A DNA stretch of 64,000 nucleotides, from assembly GCA_963703285.1 (NCBI GenBank), contig OY969807.1, forward strand, positions 1,824,001-1,888,000, read 5' to 3'. Position numbers and translations under genes: made by a program. How positions within the stretch are numbered: position 1 is the first letter of the stretch; the number at the start of each line of letters is the position of its first letter. Of the stretch, positions 30,723 through 40,119 are shown piece by piece. The notes below the pieces were generated by a model, which was given only the letters and a program-made list of their open reading frames with translations, was not told the origin of the DNA and searched no databases. The DNA is from an uncultured Nitrososphaerota archaeon. GTDB taxonomy: Archaea > Thermoproteota > Nitrososphaeria > Nitrososphaerales > Gagatemarchaeaceae.

Positions 30723-31226
30723 CTAGATGAAGATTATCTGTCCGCCCTCGCCGAGCTCGAGCATCGTGGCCGCTCCCACGATATCATCGACCTCCGGGAG
30801 AAGCATCTCCTTCGTCGTGCCCATCACCTCGAGGGTCGTCGAGCAGGCGTGCAGTTTGACCCCCAGGTCCTTGGCCGTTTTGATCAGCTCCGGGATTGAG
30901 GGGACCTTGGCCTTCACGATCCTGCCCTTCATCATGCGCGTCGCCATGGATGTCATGCCTGGTATCATCCCGAGGATGTTCGGCATAGGGAGACCCGGGT
31001 TACCAACCGGGGCGACCTTGAGGTCGGCCGATGTCTTCGCGGTCACAGCGTTCATTCCCCAAAAGGTGAAGAACATGTGCACCTCCTTTCCCATGGCCGC
31101 TCCAGTGGTCGCTATCATGAACGCGGGGTAGACCATGTCCAGGGTGCCCTTGGACAGGATCACCAACAGCTTCTCCGTCTGCTGGGTCTTCGCCTCTTCT
31201 GCGTGAACTACTGTTTGTTGACTCAA
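30723..31226 (-). CDS. DsrE2/DrsE-family sulfurtransferase
   Basis: SKGTLD.VYP, MFFTFWG, LHACSTT, IVGAA, IFI. Confidence 0.92.
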   Translation of the reverse strand: MSQQTVVHAEEAKTQQTEKLLVILSKGTLDMVYPAFMIATTGAAMGKEVHMFFTFWGMNAVTAKTSADLKVAPVGNPGLPMPNILGMIPGMTSMATRMMKGRIVKAKVPSIPELIKTAKDLGVKLHACSTTLEVMGTTKEMLLPEVDDIVGAATMLELGEGGQIIFI

Positions 31227-31240
31227 CAATCTCGCCTTTG

Positions 31241-31260
31241 ATATTCGCATATTCTAATAT
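31241..31260. promoter_or_regulatory. Putative ArsR (SqrR/BigR-like) operator ATATTC-N8-TAATAT
   Basis: Near-perfect inverted repeat immediately upstream of the dsrE-tusA-sqr-arsR operon. Confidence 0.55.
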
Positions 31261-31362
31261 AATGATAACAATTTCCCCGAATAGGTTCGCCGCCGCGTTG
31301 GTTCTCTCCCTCCCCCTGATTACCCGGCCGCAATCGAGCGAAGCGACCGACCTCACAAACCT

Positions 31363-33633
31363 CTACTTGGTCACAGCGAGGTCCGCACCCTTCGCTCTTA
31401 GAAGACGCCAGGTCGCGTCGCTATCCATCGGGGTTGATTGCACCACAATCCCCTTTTCCGAGGCGGAGAGAGCGTTCTCCACGGCGTTCACTATCGCCGG
31501 GAGCGAGCCTATCCTCCCAGCCTCGCCAGCCCCCTTTGCTCCATGAAGATGCTGGGAAGCCGTCAAGTGCACGGGAGAAAACGAAAAGGCGGGCGCAGCC
31601 GTCACCGAGGGGATTGGATACTGGGCGTCGAGTCGACCCTCCTGATCGTACTCGACGCTCTCCTGAAGGGCTTCTCCAACCGATTGCATGGCTCCTCCCT
31701 CTATCTGGGCTGCCAGCGCGGACCTGTCGAGTACTTTGCCGAAGTCGTCGAAGGCGAGGTAGCGGAGTACGCGTATGGAGCCCGTCGACCCGTCGACCTC
31801 GACGAGCGAGACGTGGCAGCCCAGAGAGAAGGTTGAGGTCTCGGACCTGTACGTCGCCTCTACGGAGACGTCTCCGCCCAGTTCCTCGGCCACGTCCTCG
31901 AGCCTGATTCGTCGGGCAGCCCCGCCCTCTCGCCTGACGCGGAAAACACCATCGTCGCCAATGGATACAGAAGCGCGCCTGCCCTGCGACGAACCGCCTA
32001 GCCGCTCCTTCAGATGCCTCTCCAGGACCCCGCACGCCATCAGGGTCGCGGAACCGGCGTAGACTATGCTCCGACTCGTAGTCGTTCCGACTCCCAGCGG
32101 ACTCGTCGCCGTGTCGCCTAGGCGCAACTCGATGTCGCTCTTCGGGACCTTGAGTCTCCTCGAAATCATCGCAGCCAGAGTCCTCTCGCTACCCTGTCCA
32201 GACGGCGCGACCGATGAGAAGAGGCGTAGTTTCCCATCCTGTGTCAGCTCGAGCCGGACCGTCTCGGCCGACGGAGGAGCCGACTCTGCGAGATAGAATG
32301 AGATTCCGAACCCGCGAAGGACCTGGCCATTGTCGGACGACGAACGACGAATTATATCCCTCGTGGCCCTGGACTTCGCAGCCGCCTGCAGCACGTCGTC
32401 GAACCGAAGCTCCGGGATTGAGAGCCCCAGGGGACTCCTATAGGGGACGGAGCCGCCCCGGATCAGGTTCGCCCTCCTGACCGAGAACTGGTCAAGGCCG
32501 AGCCTACCTGCAATGACGTTCAGCACTCGCTCGAGGATGAAGGTAGCCACGGCGTATCCCGAGCCCCTGATCGGTCCCATCATCATCTTGTTGGTGGCCA
32601 CCGCCCTCACACGAACCTTCACATCCTTCACGCCGTAGGGACCCGTAATCATCGTCACGAGCTGTTCAATCGGCGTAGATTCATGCCCCACCTTCATCCC
32701 CGGCGTCTCTAGGGATGCGCCAGCGGAACCGCCGTAGTAAGCGCCGGCATCCTGGAGCACGTCATCCTTCAGCGCCAGAATCCTCCCCGCTCCGTCGTAT
32801 CCGACCTGGACGTCATGGGTCTGGTCCGGGCGGTGCGTAAGCGTTACCAGCTTCTCCCCGGGAAACGGGATCCACTTCACGTTCCTGCGGAGCCTGGCCG
32901 AGACGAGGTAGCACGCCAGGTCCTCGGCGTAGGGGAACATCTTGGAGCCGAACGCCCCGCCCACCGCGGTCTGTATCACGCGGACAGGCCCTCCCTCCAC
33001 CAACGAGCGCGAGAGGAACTGGCGGAGAACATGCGGAGATTGGGTCGACGAATACACGACCGTCTCCCCCGGGGCGCGCTCGATCACCATCCCCCTTCCC
33101 TCCATCGGGTAGGGGGACACCCTGGGGAGGCTGAATCTGAGCTCGAGTTTGTGGGGCGACCTCCTAACGACATCGGAGGGTCGTCCCGCTTTGCGTTCCT
33201 GCGCGAAGACGAGGTTGGACGAGGCCGTCGAGAGCCACTTGACCTTCCCTGTAAGGGCCGTGCCTGGGTTGGACACCACGGGGAGCGGCTCATAGGAGAC
33301 TCTCACACAATCCAAGCAGTCCTCAAGCGACTGTTTCTTGGAGGACACGACGGCGGCGACCGGCTGGCCCTGATAGACGACCTCAGAGTCTGCAAGCGGA
33401 TATTCCCGCCACACAGATGGTTTGAGGAGGTCATGCAGTTCAGACCCCCTGAAGACCACGACGGCGCCCTCGATTCTGCTGATCCCTCTCGTGTCAATCT
33501 CTCTGATTCGCGCGTGAGCCAGAGGCGATCTCGCGAAAGCGATGTGGAGCTGGTCCGGGACGTCGATGTCCTCGATGAAGCTAGCCGAGCCAGTGAGGTG
33601 CGATTCGAGGGACTTCTGGGGGAGCTTGGCCAA
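31363..33633 (-). CDS. Xanthine dehydrogenase/CoxL-family molybdopterin-binding large subunit
   Basis: RSPLAHARI, STQSPH, VGGAFGSK, GQG, SRS, QIEGG, GAKGAGEAG. Confidence 0.9.
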   Translation of the reverse strand: MAKLPQKSLESHLTGSASFIEDIDVPDQLHIAFARSPLAHARIREIDTRGISRIEGAVVVFRGSELHDLLKPSVWREYPLADSEVVYQGQPVAAVVSSKKQSLEDCLDCVRVSYEPLPVVSNPGTALTGKVKWLSTASSNLVFAQERKAGRPSDVVRRSPHKLELRFSLPRVSPYPMEGRGMVIERAPGETVVYSSTQSPHVLRQFLSRSLVEGGPVRVIQTAVGGAFGSKMFPYAEDLACYLVSARLRRNVKWIPFPGEKLVTLTHRPDQTHDVQVGYDGAGRILALKDDVLQDAGAYYGGSAGASLETPGMKVGHESTPIEQLVTMITGPYGVKDVKVRVRAVATNKMMMGPIRGSGYAVATFILERVLNVIAGRLGLDQFSVRRANLIRGGSVPYRSPLGLSIPELRFDDVLQAAAKSRATRDIIRRSSSDNGQVLRGFGISFYLAESAPPSAETVRLELTQDGKLRLFSSVAPSGQGSERTLAAMISRRLKVPKSDIELRLGDTATSPLGVGTTTSRSIVYAGSATLMACGVLERHLKERLGGSSQGRRASVSIGDDGVFRVRREGGAARRIRLEDVAEELGGDVSVEATYRSETSTFSLGCHVSLVEVDGSTGSIRVLRYLAFDDFGKVLDRSALAAQIEGGAMQSVGEALQESVEYDQEGRLDAQYPIPSVTAAPAFSFSPVHLTASQHLHGAKGAGEAGRIGSLPAIVNAVENALSASEKGIVVQSTPMDSDATWRLLRAKGADLAVTK

Positions 33634-33776
33634 CGGGAAAAGGTGAAGATTGCGCGAAGTTAAGCCTAGGCGGGACAACTGGCACCGGCTCGAAATTGGA
33701 CCAATCGGGTCGGTCTTTGAGCCAGAACCGTTAATATTCACCCGAAAAGGTTCAAGAAATCACGGCGAGCTAGGAT

Positions 33777-35831
33777 TTGGATCTACCCGTCCTATGGCTG
33801 ATAGCCGCTGCGATGGCCGTCTTCACTGCCTGGCTGCTGAAGAGGGGCTCGACCATGAAGACGCTGACGGACGCCGGCATAGTCCTCTTCCTCCTCGTGA
33901 TGATGGCGTCGATGTTCATCAGCACCGTCGTCTACCTCTACATCCCCACCTTCATCACCATCTTCGAGCTCGTGGCCCTGAACATGATCTCGATGTCCAT
34001 CGGGCTCATCCCGATCCTCACCGCCCTCGTCAAGGGAGACAGGCAGCTCGATGAGACGCGCAAGGGCAGCAAGGTGTCCAGCAGGTACATGATCATCGCC
34101 GCCATAATCTGCCTGGCGATACTCTCCGAGGTCTTCATGGGATGGACCTTCGCCATCCTCTCGGGCGCCGCCTCGACCTCGACCCAGAGCGTCTTCTCGG
34201 CGCTCGTCGACTCGATGAGCACGTACTGGTTCATCTTCACGATGGCCTCCGAGATGGCGGTCACGCTCTACCTCGTCGGCAAGAACTTCCCAAGCACCTT
34301 CCGATGGCTGGTCGCCCTCCAGATTTCGATAATGGTTCTCTCGCCGACGGCCATAGCCAACGGCGGGTGGGCTACCTTCGCCCTCGTCGGCAACAGCGCG
34401 GTCATGATTGTCGCCATCATCCTCCTCTTCGAGTACATGTTCAAGAACCGAACCATGCCGCTGGGGGCGTCCAAGTACATCGTCCGCCTGCTGGGGGCGT
34501 ACGCGCTGATGATGGGGGGCCTCTTCGCGTGGCAACTCTACGGCGACGTGCTGCCCTTCGTGCTCTCCATTGTCGCCGAGATGGTAATCTACTTCTCAAT
34601 AGTCCTGGACGAGAAGACCCTGACCTCGCCGCCCCTGGTCAACTGGCAGACCAGGCCTCTCTGGACCTTCGCGATGCTCGGGGGCCTCTTCGTCGCTGAG
34701 TTCTTCATGGGAGGCGTCCTGGACGCGGTGGCGCTCGGGACGGGTTACTTCCTCACGGCACAGCCGTTCACTGCGATTTCGGGCTCCGCGCTGACGGTCG
34801 TGGGGGCCGCGTTCTACGACTTCATCGTCGCCGTGGGGAGCATCACCGCATCCTTCTGGTTCCTGCTCATGATGGGCATCGAGATGGGCGCGCTCGTCGT
34901 CTTCAAGATCAAGTACGCCAGGGAGATGGAGACCAAGCTCAGGCTGGTCCTGGTGATAGTGGCTTACGCCCTCTACACCCTCTTCTTGCCCACGTTCGTC
35001 ATCGGGGGGTCGATGTCCAGCGTCCCGTGGATTGGGTGGAGCATGGGCCTCGGCACGGCGGGCGCTCTGGCTCCGGACGTCATACTCGTCCTCCTGGCGA
35101 CCTACCTCATATCCGGAGGCCTCTCGTTCTTCTTCGGCTCGAGGAACGTCTGCTCGCTCTTCTGCACCGCGGCGCTGATGTACCAGGGTACCACCTACGA
35201 CGCGATGAGCTCGTTCAACAGGACCTCCAAGATAGGTCGTCATCTCCTCACGAGCCGCATCTCCGGCGCCTACAAGGTCGTCGTCTCCCTGGTCTGGGTC
35301 TCGCTCCTCGGCGGCGCCGTGATCTCGTATCTCACCTCAACTGGTTACATAAGCGCCTCGATATTCGGGACCGACCCTAGCTACTTCTTCTTCGTCTTCT
35401 ACTTCTCCTTCCTCTGGTACCTCATCTGGATAATGATTCCGTTCGTCGGGACCTATGGCTGCGCCACGACCGGCATGTGCGGCTGGGGGTCCTTCAACCA
35501 GCTCATATCCAGATTCGGCCTCTTCAGGCTGAAGGTCAGGGACAGTAACATTTGCGTCAATTGCAAGACCAAGGACTGCGCCAGGGTCTGCCCGGTGGGG
35601 CTGACCGACCTGCCCGGCGCCTTCATCGACAAGGGCGAGTTCAGGAGCTTCAAGTGCGTCGGCGTCGGCGACTGCGTCTCGGCCTGCCCCTACGAGAACG
35701 AGTACTTCTTCGACGTCAGGAACTGGGTAAGGAAGAAACTCAACAAGCCGCTTCCCCCTCTGGCAAAGCCGGTGAGGACGGAGCCGATCGAAAGCCCGAT
35801 TGTTTTCGGCGGTCAGGCAAAGACAGATTAA
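33777..35831 (+). CDS. Large multi-pass membrane polyferredoxin (NapH/FixG-like C-terminus)
   Basis: Many TM helices, CSLFC and CATTGMCG motifs, two C-terminal ferredoxin motifs (CVNCKTKDCARVCP, CVGVGDCVSACP). Confidence 0.85.
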   Translation: MDLPVLWLIAAAMAVFTAWLLKRGSTMKTLTDAGIVLFLLVMMASMFISTVVYLYIPTFITIFELVALNMISMSIGLIPILTALVKGDRQLDETRKGSKVSSRYMIIAAIICLAILSEVFMGWTFAILSGAASTSTQSVFSALVDSMSTYWFIFTMASEMAVTLYLVGKNFPSTFRWLVALQISIMVLSPTAIANGGWATFALVGNSAVMIVAIILLFEYMFKNRTMPLGASKYIVRLLGAYALMMGGLFAWQLYGDVLPFVLSIVAEMVIYFSIVLDEKTLTSPPLVNWQTRPLWTFAMLGGLFVAEFFMGGVLDAVALGTGYFLTAQPFTAISGSALTVVGAAFYDFIVAVGSITASFWFLLMMGIEMGALVVFKIKYAREMETKLRLVLVIVAYALYTLFLPTFVIGGSMSSVPWIGWSMGLGTAGALAPDVILVLLATYLISGGLSFFFGSRNVCSLFCTAALMYQGTTYDAMSSFNRTSKIGRHLLTSRISGAYKVVVSLVWVSLLGGAVISYLTSTGYISASIFGTDPSYFFFVFYFSFLWYLIWIMIPFVGTYGCATTGMCGWGSFNQLISRFGLFRLKVRDSNICVNCKTKDCARVCPVGLTDLPGAFIDKGEFRSFKCVGVGDCVSACPYENEYFFDVRNWVRKKLNKPLPPLAKPVRTEPIESPIVFGGQAKTD

Positions 35832-35898
35832 GGATTCGTCGTCGCGAGTCGTGCCATGAGGCCCTGTCGGGGCGGCTGAGTGGGGCGGGAAGGCATCT

Positions 35899-36987
35899 TT
35901 GTCCTACCTGATCTACTACCTAGTGCCCACAGCTTTCCTGATGGTAGCTTTCATCAGTTGGGTGATTACGAAGACCACCAAGGCGCGCACCGGCATCGAC
36001 AACACCGTTCTCCTGCTCCTACTCGTCATGATGGTGGCCATGCTCGTCGGCCCGGCCTACCTCTACCTGACGACGCTCGGTTTCACCCTGGGCGACGTCG
36101 CCATCTGGGAGATTGCAGTCTTCATGAGCGTCGGCATGATGCCCATAGGCGTCCTCCTCTTTGCGCAGTTCTGGATGGAGGGGGACACCGATAGGAAGGG
36201 ACCCCTCCCTCTCTCGAACCTGCTCCCGCACGTCACGGGGCTCAGGGCCGCGTACATAGTCCTCCTGCTGCTCAGCGAGCTCCTCATGGGTTGGACGTTC
36301 AACCTAGCCTCGGGCTTCATCTCCCTCTCAGCCGGCTACTCGCTCGCCGCCGTCGAGCGTGAGTTCAGCTACAGCGTCACCACGTCGTGGTTCGTCTTCA
36401 CGATGGCCGGGGAGATGGTCCTGACCCTCTTCGCTTTCCGCAAGAGCGTGCGCCGGGACCTCATGGCCGTGCTCTGCCTGCAGACCGCCGTGATGTTCCT
36501 GACGCCCACTGCGTTCCAGTCGCGGTCCTGGGAGACGTACACGCTCTACCTCGATGCCGCCGTGATGCTGGGCGTCGTCGGTTTCGCCATCTACTACCTC
36601 CGTGGGGGGAAGGAGCACGACCGCGCTCTCCTGAACTATCTCGCGCTCTTCATTGTCGCCAACGCCGTCATGATGGGGGGTTTCCTGCTGTGGCTGGTCT
36701 CCGGCGACACGCTGCTGCTGGCCCTGTCTCTGGTGGCGGAGACGGCCATATACTTCGACGCGGTCCTGACCGGAGCGGGCTTCGGCGGAACCTTCGGTCT
36801 CCCCCGCCCCAACCCGAGAGAGTCGGAACCTCAGACATCGCCACCTGTCTCCTTCACGGGGGGTCCGACACAGACCGGCGGGCTAGAGCCTCAACCGGGT
36901 GCGACGGCAGGAAGGATCGGCCCCTTCGCCTCACCCGACAGTCTCAGGTTCGCCGTCATCTTGCCGACCGAGTGCAGGTTCAGGTAG
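35899..36987 (+). CDS. Membrane protein paralogous to the N-terminal part of the upstream polyferredoxin
   Basis: Shared motifs LLVMM.AM, SE..MGWTF, WF.FTMA.EM, M.L.PTA, MMGG. Confidence 0.8.
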   Translation: MSYLIYYLVPTAFLMVAFISWVITKTTKARTGIDNTVLLLLLVMMVAMLVGPAYLYLTTLGFTLGDVAIWEIAVFMSVGMMPIGVLLFAQFWMEGDTDRKGPLPLSNLLPHVTGLRAAYIVLLLLSELLMGWTFNLASGFISLSAGYSLAAVEREFSYSVTTSWFVFTMAGEMVLTLFAFRKSVRRDLMAVLCLQTAVMFLTPTAFQSRSWETYTLYLDAAVMLGVVGFAIYYLRGGKEHDRALLNYLALFIVANAVMMGGFLLWLVSGDTLLLALSLVAETAIYFDAVLTGAGFGGTFGLPRPNPRESEPQTSPPVSFTGGPTQTGGLEPQPGATAGRIGPFASPDSLRFAVILPTECRFR

Positions 36988-37730
36988 AGTAGGACCACCG
37001 CGAAGGGAGGGAAGAGGAAGTAGGTCGCGTCGTAGACCCAGAGCAGTGACGAAAGTGCGGCGGCCGACGGGACCGCCACCGTGAAGAGCAGCGGGACGCT
37101 GAGGCAACAAGACGCGCCGAAGGCAATCCCGAGGGCCGGGAAGACGATGAGCGACCTCGACTTGGCTCCGAGCGAGCAGGCCTTCCCTAGCTCCCGTGTC
37201 TTCCCTATGTTCGCCACTATCAGGACGTCTATTATGAGTGCTATCACCAGGCTGTAGAGGCTCAGCGTCGTCGTGAAGGCCGGCGGTGTCGTCAGCGTGA
37301 TCCACGGATTGTACCAGAGGGCGAGGATGACATTCACGGCGGTGGGTGGGGTGAAGACCGTGGTGGTGAGCGATACCCCGGCGCCGGTCGTGAAGAAGTG
37401 GCTGCCGTAGAAGGAAGTGAGGATTCCCTCGAGCAGATATCCGTAGAGGAGGATGTGTATGACGAGGTAAACCGCAAAGACGACCACACCGGAGAGCGTC
37501 CGGATGTATCTCCGAAAGTCAGCTACCGCCGAGCGCAGCGGGTAGCTCAGAAGCAGAAAGGCGATGCCATACCAGAAGAGGAACGGGGCGAGGATCTCAG
37601 CCGGGTTCACGGTGACCGAGCCCCAGACGTAGGCGAAGTAGGAAGAGATGACCGCTAGAGCCATGACTGAGAACCCGTGGATTGGGACCGCGAGGCTCCT
37701 GTGCGCCTGACCCTCGACCGTCGTCTTCAT
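36891..37730 (-). CDS. Multi-pass membrane protein with a CC motif
   Basis: Several TM helices, GASCCLSVP near the C-terminus. Confidence 0.75.
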   Translation of the reverse strand: MKTTVEGQAHRSLAVPIHGFSVMALAVISSYFAYVWGSVTVNPAEILAPFLFWYGIAFLLLSYPLRSAVADFRRYIRTLSGVVVFAVYLVIHILLYGYLLEGILTSFYGSHFFTTGAGVSLTTTVFTPPTAVNVILALWYNPWITLTTPPAFTTTLSLYSLVIALIIDVLIVANIGKTRELGKACSLGAKSRSLIVFPALGIAFGASCCLSVPLLFTVAVPSAAALSSLLWVYDATYFLFPPFAVVLLYLNLHSVGKMTANLRLSGEAKGPILPAVAPG

Positions 37731-37779
37731 GGTATTCCCTCGGGCGACGAGCTACAATATGACCCTGTCGACAACACCC

Positions 37780-38259
37780 CTAGGTCACGACCCTGAGCTG
37801 CCCGAACTGCATGAAGAAGTGGATGGCGCAGGGGATGGCGCAGTAGATCTGGAAGTTCCCCGCCTTGGTCGCCACGAAGGTGAAGTTGACGACCTCGCCC
37901 GGCGCTATCACGTTGATCTTGCTGTCCACGTAGTTCTGTATCTGGAAGCCGTGCGCCTCGTCGCCCACGTTGCAGACCTCGATGCTCACCGTCTGGCCCT
38001 CCTGCACGGTGATTACGGGCCAGGGTTTCGAGAGCCCGGCACCCTCGATGATGCTGTCGTTGTAGCCGTACTCGCTCTGCAGGACGAGGAACCCATTCGC
38101 GGGCCTCACGCAGCCCGTCGGGAGGATGACCTGGGTGGTCGTCGCGAGGCTGTTGGCCCTGTCACCGAATGCCACGCCGAGTCCCAGCACCGTCGCGACC
38201 GAGGCCACGGCGAGAATCGTCGCCGCGGCTAGAACCATAGTGGGGTTTCTCGATTTCAT
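37780..38259 (-). CDS. Membrane-anchored cupredoxin (CuA-like ligand set)
   Basis: N-terminal TM, HGF, YCAIPCAIHFFM. Confidence 0.88.
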   Translation of the reverse strand: MKSRNPTMVLAAATILAVASVATVLGLGVAFGDRANSLATTTQVILPTGCVRPANGFLVLQSEYGYNDSIIEGAGLSKPWPVITVQEGQTVSIEVCNVGDEAHGFQIQNYVDSKINVIAPGEVVNFTFVATKAGNFQIYCAIPCAIHFFMQFGQLRVVT

Positions 38260-38476
38260 GAGTGTCAACCTGAGGTCAGGGCGATATGGTCGGACCTCTA
38301 CTCTTGCCCACGCACCGGTGGGCGCACCGCAAGATTCGCTGATTCATCGCCGCGATTACCGGGAAAGGCCCCCCATCGAGGCTCTAATCCTTTATGGCTC
38401 AAATCACACGAGGATTCGCAGGCCTCGCTCCGGCGCGTGCGGCGTCAGCACCACCATGCCGCGAGTGGGAAGCTCC

Positions 38477-38800
38477 CTAGCGGTTCATCTCTGCCTGGAT
38501 GAGCTCGGAGAGCTTCTGGAAGTAGAGCCTCGTCGCCAGGGGCATCGCCTCCAGGTTCCCGTCAATCGCCTCCAGCACGTATCCGACGGCCCTCCTCGAC
38601 GTCCTGAACTCGAACTTCATCGGCAGTATTTCGTTCTGGATCACCTGAATGCTTTCCCTGAGTTGGTCGGGGGCCCTAGCCCTGGCCTGGGCCTCGATGC
38701 GCTGGTACCATCCGGCGAGGACGGTCGGGTCCAGACCGAGCTTCAGGTTGTCTATCTCCCTGACGAGCCTCTCGATTAGCCTTGTCTCTTCGTCCGCCAT
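38477..38800 (-). CDS. Hypothetical protein
   Basis: 107 aa, abuts the upstream gene, genome-like codon usage. Confidence 0.7.
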   Translation of the reverse strand: MADEETRLIERLVREIDNLKLGLDPTVLAGWYQRIEAQARARAPDQLRESIQVIQNEILPMKFEFRTSRRAVGYVLEAIDGNLEAMPLATRLYFQKLSELIQAEMNR

Positions 38801-39214
38801 TCAGCTGCACTTCGACTGGAAGATCTCCGTCTTCTCATACTCGGCTTCCCAGGCGTGCGTGCTGTTCCTTGCCCTTCTTAACGCTAGGAGAGTGTACCCA
38901 TCGGGCTGCTCCGCCACAGCCCTCTGGAAGATAGCCTGCATCGGCTCCCTCTCCTCGTCGTAGTTCCTGATTATGTGCTGCCTGTATTTCTCTATCTCCT
39001 TCATATGGTCCTTCAAACAGAGTGTCCTGCCCTGGAACCGCGACGACGTCAGCCTCTTGACCTCATCGCCGCAGACCTCACACCTAACCTTCTCCATCCC
39101 GCACGTCATGCAGATCCTCCCGACCCCGATCACCAACGGGAAGCTGCCCGCCGTCTGCTCCGCCTTCCCGCAGACCGCGCACTTGGCTGGGGTCTTGGAA
39201 CCGAGGTGCTGCAT
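38801..39214 (-). CDS. Zn-finger (LIM-like) hypothetical protein
   Basis: CAVC, CMTC, CEVC, CLKDH. ATG at 39214. Confidence 0.7.
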   Translation of the reverse strand: MQHLGSKTPAKCAVCGKAEQTAGSFPLVIGVGRICMTCGMEKVRCEVCGDEVKRLTSSRFQGRTLCLKDHMKEIEKYRQHIIRNYDEEREPMQAIFQRAVAEQPDGYTLLALRRARNSTHAWEAEYEKTEIFQSKCS

Positions 39215-39255
39215 GTCCCGGCGATGCCCCTGCTGCTTAATACGGTTTCGACGCG

Positions 39256-40032
39256 CTATATCAGGTCCGCCAGCTCGTCCACGCTGTCGATGACCCAGGT
39301 GGCCTTGGTCTTCGTCTTTCCATCGTGGACCCCCGTCAGCACGAGGACAGAATCGATTCCGGACCTGTGCGCCCCCTCGATATCCGTGTCCTCCTGATCT
39401 CCTATCATCACGGTTTCGCGCTTCGTGCACCCCGTCCGCTTCATCGCGACCTCGAACATTTGCTTGGAAGGTTTCCCGACCGAGTACCCCCTCTTCCCCG
39501 AGCCATACTCAACCGCCTTCAGGATTGGCCCGACGGTTATAGCAGGACCAGTCCTCGACATGTAGAGGGCCGCCGAGTGGCACGCGACGATGGCCGCACC
39601 ACGCCTGGCCAGCAGGACCGCCCTGTTGAGCTTCGCGTAGGTGACTTTCCGGTCCAGGCCTATGGCGACGACATCGGCTCTGTCGCCGCGGGTCCGTTTC
39701 AGCCCGAGGCTGTCCAGCTCCTCTGCGAAACCCGACTCTCCAACGAGGAAGTAGGTCGCTCCGCGGTAAGTATCAGCTATGTACTCCGCCGTCGCCCTTG
39801 CGCTCGTGAGCAACTCGTCCCTCTCCACCAGTATCTGCTGGGAACCCAGGCGCCTCAGCACGGTCTGGACCGAGTCGGTGGAGTTGTTGGTGACTATGCG
39901 CAGCTTCTTCCCCTGGGTCCTGATTTTCTCGAAGATCCTTGTGCCGCCGATCTTGACCGGGCTTTCCTTCCCCTTCAGCAGCACTCCGTCGAGGTCGAAG
40001 AGAAAGAGCTTCTTCCCAGTTAGGTCAATCAT
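39256..40032 (-). CDS. HAD-IIA (NagD-like) hydrolase
   Basis: FDLDGVL, VTNNS, GKP, MIGDQEDTDIEGA, VLTG. Confidence 0.93.
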   Translation of the reverse strand: MIDLTGKKLFLFDLDGVLLKGKESPVKIGGTRIFEKIRTQGKKLRIVTNNSTDSVQTVLRRLGSQQILVERDELLTSARATAEYIADTYRGATYFLVGESGFAEELDSLGLKRTRGDRADVVAIGLDRKVTYAKLNRAVLLARRGAAIVACHSAALYMSRTGPAITVGPILKAVEYGSGKRGYSVGKPSKQMFEVAMKRTGCTKRETVMIGDQEDTDIEGAHRSGIDSVLVLTGVHDGKTKTKATWVIDSVDELADLI

Positions 40033-40119
40033 CCGAGGCGCGTCGCAGTCTCGTGGATAATTAGATTGCGGGGCTAAACGTCTAAATATCCACACGGAGG
40101 GCCGGGAATCGAACAAAGG

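Noticed and set aside
31363-33633. Aerobic CO dehydrogenase
   Set aside because: Lacks the AYxCSFR motif and adjacent coxM/coxS.
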